Shown in pieces: positions 41,230 through 45,340 of a stretch of DNA of 45,340 nt. Both the position numbers and the translations under genes were made by a program. The notes under the pieces were generated by a model that was given only the letters and a program-made list of their open reading frames with translations, was not told the DNA's origin and ran no database searches. Position 1 is the stretch's first letter; each line of letters starts with the position of its first letter. The stretch is taken from the IMG/VR virus record IMGVR_UViG_2537561977_000033, one strand, 5' to 3'. The DNA comes from a virus. Lineage: Duplodnaviria; Heunggongvirae; Uroviricota; Caudoviricetes.

Positions 41230-43701
41230 ATGAGTAAAGTCTTTATTTGCGCCGCTATTCCTGACGAACTGGCAACAAGGGAAGAAGGCGCTGTGGCTGT
41301 AGCCACAGCCATTGAAGCTGGCGACGAACGCCGTGCTCGAGCAAAATTTCACTGGCAGTTCCTGGAACATTATCCGGCTGCTCAGGACTGCGCTTATAAA
41401 TTTATTGTCTGCGAGGATAAACCTGGCATACCCCGCCCTGCCCTCGATTCATGGGATGCTGAATATATGCAGGAAAACCGCTGGGATGAGGAGTCTGCTT
41501 CTTTTGTCCCGGTTGAGACTGAATCCGATCCGATGAACGTCACTTTTGACAAGCTGGCCCCTGAAGTACAGAACGCTGTCATGGTTAAGTTCGACACATG
41601 TGAAAACATCACCGTTGATATGGTTATTAGCGCACAGGAATTGTTGCAGGAAGACATGGCAACATTCGACGGACATATCGTTGAAGCGTTGATGAAAATG
41701 CCAGAAGTTAACGCCATGTATCCGGAGCTTAAGTTGCACGCCATTGGGTGGGTTAAGCATAAATGTATTCCTGGTGCTAAATGGCCCGAAATTCAGGCAG
41801 AGATGCGCATCTGGAAAAAACGTCGCGAAGGTGAACGCAAGGAAACCGGAAAATACACGTCTGTTGTTGATCTCGCCCGCGCCAGAGCCAATCAACAGTA
41901 CACTGAAAATTCAACAGGAAAAATCAGCCCGGTCATTGCTGCCATTCATCGCGAATACAAGCAGACATGGAAAACACTGGATGACGAACTGGCCTACGCT
42001 CTCTGGCCTGGTGATGTGGATGCCGGAAACATTGACGGCAGCATCCATCGCTGGGCAAAAAAAGAAGTTATCGACAACGACCGCGAAGACTGGAAGCGTA
42101 TCTCGGCATCAATGCGCAAACAGCCTGATGCCCTTCGCTACGACCGCCAAACTATTTTTGGCCTTGTCCGTGAGCGTCCGATCGACATTCACAAAGATCC
42201 CGTAGCACTGAACAAATATATCTGCGAATACCTGACGACAAAGGGCGTGTTTGAGAATGAAGAAACAGACCTGGGCACTGTTGATGTTCTCCAGTCATCA
42301 GAAACACAAACTGATGCAGTGGAAACTGAGGTATCTGATATCCCAAAAAATGAAACCGCGCCGGAAGCTGAACCATCTGTAGAGCGTGAGGGGCCGTTCT
42401 ATTTCCTCTTCGCAGATAAGGACGGAGAAAAATACGGTCGCGCAAACAAACTTTCTGGTCTGGATAAGGCACTGGCTGCTGGCGCCACTGAAATCACAAA
42501 AGAAGAATATTTTGCCCGAAAAAATGGCACATACACGGGCTTACCGCAAAATGTAGATACCGCTGAAGATTCAGAACAACCAGAGCCGATAAAAGTTACC
42601 GCTGACGAAGTAAACAAAATTATGCAGGCAGCCAATATCAGCCAGCCTGACGCCGATAAGTTGCTTGCTGCATCACGTGGTGAATTTGTTGAAGGGATTA
42701 GTGACCCGAATGATCCGAAATGGGTTAAGGGGATCCAGACCCGCGATTCTGTGAACCAGAACCAGCATGAATCGGAACGGAACTACCAAAAAGCGGAACA
42801 AAACAGTCCAAATGCGTTACAAAACGAGCCAGAAACGAAACAGCCTGAACCAGTGGCGCAACAGGAAGTGGAAAAAGCCTGCACCGCCTGCGGTCAGACC
42901 GGCGGCGGCAACTGCCCTGATTGTGGCGCGGTGATGGGCGACGCAACATACCAAGAAACATTCGATGAAGAGTATCAGGTTGAAGTTCAGGAAGATGATC
43001 CGGAGGAAATGGAAGGCGCTGAACATCCACACAAGGAGAACACTGGCGGCAATCAGCATCACAATAGCGATAATGAAACTGGCGAGACGGCAGATCACCC
43101 AATTAAGGTGAACGGTCATCACGAAATCACATCCACCAGCAGGACGTGTGACCATCTAATGATCGACCTTGAAACCATGGGAAAAAATCCTGATGCCCCG
43201 ATCATCTCAATAGGTGCAATATTTTTCGATCCGCAAACCGGAGATATGGGACCGGAATTTAGTAAGACTATCGATCTGGAAACTGCTGGCGGAGTCATTG
43301 ATCGGGACACCATTAAATGGTGGCTTAAGCAATCACGCGAAGCGCAATCTGCCATTATGACCGATGAAATCCCGTTAGATGATGCACTGTTACAATTGCG
43401 GGAATTTATCGACGAAAACTCCGGTGAATTTTTTGTTCAGGTTTGGGGAAATGGAGCCAACTTCGACAACACGATTTTGCGCCGTTCATACGAACGGCAG
43501 GGGATCCCCTGCCCGTGGCGTTACTACAACGATCGCGATGTACGCACAATCGTTGAGCTGGGGAAAGCCATAGACTTCGATGCCAGAACGGCTATTCCAT
43601 TCGAAGGTGAGCGCCATAATGCACTTGATGACGCCCGTTACCAGGCAAAATACGTTTCAGTTATCTGGCAAAAACTGATCCCGAGTCAGGCTGATTCTTA
43701 A
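41230..43701 (+). CDS. large exonuclease-like protein, 823 aa: acidic N-terminal ~600 aa of unknown function, CxxC-x6-CxxC zinc ribbon, C-terminal DEDDh (DnaQ-like) 3'-5' exonuclease domain
   Basis: C-terminal motifs in DEDDh order: DLETMG (Exo I), WGNGANFDNTIL (Exo II), HNALDDARYQAKY (Exo III); zinc ribbon CTACGQTGGGNCPDCG; sits between the dicB operon and xis-int (recombination-gene position). Confidence 0.6.
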   Translation: MSKVFICAAIPDELATREEGAVAVATAIEAGDERRARAKFHWQFLEHYPAAQDCAYKFIVCEDKPGIPRPALDSWDAEYMQENRWDEESASFVPVETESDPMNVTFDKLAPEVQNAVMVKFDTCENITVDMVISAQELLQEDMATFDGHIVEALMKMPEVNAMYPELKLHAIGWVKHKCIPGAKWPEIQAEMRIWKKRREGERKETGKYTSVVDLARARANQQYTENSTGKISPVIAAIHREYKQTWKTLDDELAYALWPGDVDAGNIDGSIHRWAKKEVIDNDREDWKRISASMRKQPDALRYDRQTIFGLVRERPIDIHKDPVALNKYICEYLTTKGVFENEETDLGTVDVLQSSETQTDAVETEVSDIPKNETAPEAEPSVEREGPFYFLFADKDGEKYGRANKLSGLDKALAAGATEITKEEYFARKNGTYTGLPQNVDTAEDSEQPEPIKVTADEVNKIMQAANISQPDADKLLAASRGEFVEGISDPNDPKWVKGIQTRDSVNQNQHESERNYQKAEQNSPNALQNEPETKQPEPVAQQEVEKACTACGQTGGGNCPDCGAVMGDATYQETFDEEYQVEVQEDDPEEMEGAEHPHKENTGGNQHHNSDNETGETADHPIKVNGHHEITSTSRTCDHLMIDLETMGKNPDAPIISIGAIFFDPQTGDMGPEFSKTIDLETAGGVIDRDTIKWWLKQSREAQSAIMTDEIPLDDALLQLREFIDENSGEFFVQVWGNGANFDNTILRRSYERQGIPCPWRYYNDRDVRTIVELGKAIDFDARTAIPFEGERHNALDDARYQAKYVSVIWQKLIPSQADS

Positions 43702-43773
43702 TGTTCAACTGTCGCCGGTTGTGACTGGTATTCTGCAACCGGCGCTCGTCTGATGTAAGAGATAAAGAAATCG

Positions 43774-44025
43774 ATGAGCGAAGTAATCATGATTGTCTCT
43801 CCCGGCAAATGGGTATCCGAAGAGCAGTTAATTGCGCTGAAAGGAATAAAAAAAGGTACGTTAAAAAAGGCCCGGGAAAAATCGTTTATGGAAGGAAGGG
43901 AATATAAGCATGTCGCTCATGACGGTATGCCATGGGATAACAGTCCATGCTTTTACAACCTGGAAGAAATTGATCGCTGGATTGAGCGCCAGGCATCAGC
44001 GAGACCAAGACGTCATCTTACTTGA
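43774..44025 (+). CDS. xis: excisionase-like small protein, up to 83 aa
   Basis: Small basic protein immediately upstream of the integrase; alternative start MIVSPGKW... Confidence 0.45.
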   Translation: MSEVIMIVSPGKWVSEEQLIALKGIKKGTLKKAREKSFMEGREYKHVAHDGMPWDNSPCFYNLEEIDRWIERQASARPRRHLT

Positions 44026-44044
44026 CTAAAAGCCACACTAACTA

Positions 44045-45340
44045 ATGAGAGAAGTTGAAATGAAATATCCGACAGGCGTGGAAAACCATGGAGGGAAATT
44101 ACGTATCTGGTTTGTTTATAAAGGCGTAAGAGTCAGGGAAAATCTGGGGGTTCCTGACACAGCAAAAAACAGGCGCGTTGCAGGTGAACTACGCTCCTCT
44201 GTTTGTTACGCAATAAAAACTGGTGTTTTCGACTATGCAAAACAGTTTCCCTCCTCACGCAATCTGGAAAAATTTGGTGAGGCCCGACAAGATTTAACCA
44301 TAAAAGAACTGGCTGAAAAATTTCTGGCACTGAAAGAAACTGAAGTCGCCAAAACATCACTCAACACATACCGTGCCGTCATCAAAAATATCCTGAGCAT
44401 AATCGGTGAAAAAAATCTTGCCTCATCGATTAATAAAGAAAAATTACTGGAGGTTCGTAAAGAGCTACTGACTGGATACCAGATCCCCAAAAGTAACTAT
44501 ATTGTTACACAACCAGGGAGATCGGCTGTAACTGTAAATAATTACATGACAAATCTTAACGCCGTGTTCCAGTTTGGTGTTGATAACGGTTACCTGGCAG
44601 ATAATCCGTTTAAGGGGATCTCGCCATTAAAGGAATCAAGAACCATTCCGGATCCTCTTTCGCGGGAGGAATTTATCCGTCTTATCGATGCGTGCAGAAA
44701 TCAGCAAGCAAAAAATTTATGGTGTGTTTCTGTTTATACTGGCGTTCGCCCTGGTGAGCTGTGTGCACTTGGATGGGAGGACATAGATCTGAAAAATGGA
44801 ACAATGATGATCAGGAGAAATTTAGCAAAAGACCGTTTCACGGTACCAAAAACACAGGCGGGAACCAATCGGGTCATTCATCTTATTAAGCCAGCAATCG
44901 ACGCTCTCCGGAGTCAGATGACATTAACGAGACTGAGCAAAGAGCATATCATTGATGTTCACCTCAGAGAGTATGGCAGAACAGAAAAACAAAAATGCAC
45001 CTTTGTTTTTCAACCTGAAGTGTCAGCGAGAGTAAAAAATTATGGTGACCATTTTACCGTTGACTCAATAAGGCAGATGTGGGACGCAGCGATAAAACGT
45101 GCCGGACTCCGCCATCGAAAATCATATCAGTCGAGACATACTTATGCCTGCTGGTCGCTGACAGCTGGTGCTAACCCGGCATTTATAGCAAACCAGATGG
45201 GCCATGCAGATGCGCAAATGGTATTTCAGGTATACGGAAAATGGATGTCTGAAAACAATAATGCACAGGTAGCTTTGTTAAATACACAGTTAAGCGAGTT
45301 TGCCCCAACCATGCCCCATAACGAAGCAATGAAAAATTAA
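44045..45340 (+). CDS. int: tyrosine integrase (phage integrase family), up to 431 aa
   Basis: C-terminal catalytic region with R (GVRPGELCALGWEDID), HxxR (SRHTYACW) and Tyr (VFQVYGKWM); stop at 45338-45340, the last bases of the window. Confidence 0.85.
   Translation: MREVEMKYPTGVENHGGKLRIWFVYKGVRVRENLGVPDTAKNRRVAGELRSSVCYAIKTGVFDYAKQFPSSRNLEKFGEARQDLTIKELAEKFLALKETEVAKTSLNTYRAVIKNILSIIGEKNLASSINKEKLLEVRKELLTGYQIPKSNYIVTQPGRSAVTVNNYMTNLNAVFQFGVDNGYLADNPFKGISPLKESRTIPDPLSREEFIRLIDACRNQQAKNLWCVSVYTGVRPGELCALGWEDIDLKNGTMMIRRNLAKDRFTVPKTQAGTNRVIHLIKPAIDALRSQMTLTRLSKEHIIDVHLREYGRTEKQKCTFVFQPEVSARVKNYGDHFTVDSIRQMWDAAIKRAGLRHRKSYQSRHTYACWSLTAGANPAFIANQMGHADAQMVFQVYGKWMSENNNAQVALLNTQLSEFAPTMPHNEAMKN

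Overview
This 45.3 kb window is almost an entire lambda-like (Qin-type) cryptic prophage of an Escherichia/Shigella-like genome, lying between a 5'-shortened host MFS transporter gene (ydfJ, left edge) and the phage integrase (right edge). Calls rest on reading the supplied translations against remembered lambda and E. coli K-12 proteins; no database search was run. On the minus strand the order is lambda-like: dicC (cro-like) - replication genes - relBE/hokD - ydfU - Q - cold-shock morons - pinholin/SAR endolysin/Rz-Rz1 - cos - Nu1-A-W-B-C-D-E-FI-FII-Z' - [IS] - H'-M-L-K-I-J - lom - stf - tfa. On the plus strand are pin, dicA-ydfA-dicF-dicB-ydfD, a large exonuclease, xis and int. The prophage is defective: an IS10-like element replaces the tail-tube genes, IS1 sits beside pin with a target duplication, and a third transposase interrupts the replication module. 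Several genes (L, Rz, flxA, gnsB) carry single-base frameshifts at homopolymer runs, which may be sequencing errors. I found no CRISPR array, tRNA or rRNA, and no convincing wholly novel system. The least characterised coding content is the N-terminal ~600 aa of the 823-aa exonuclease and three proteins of the early-right operon.
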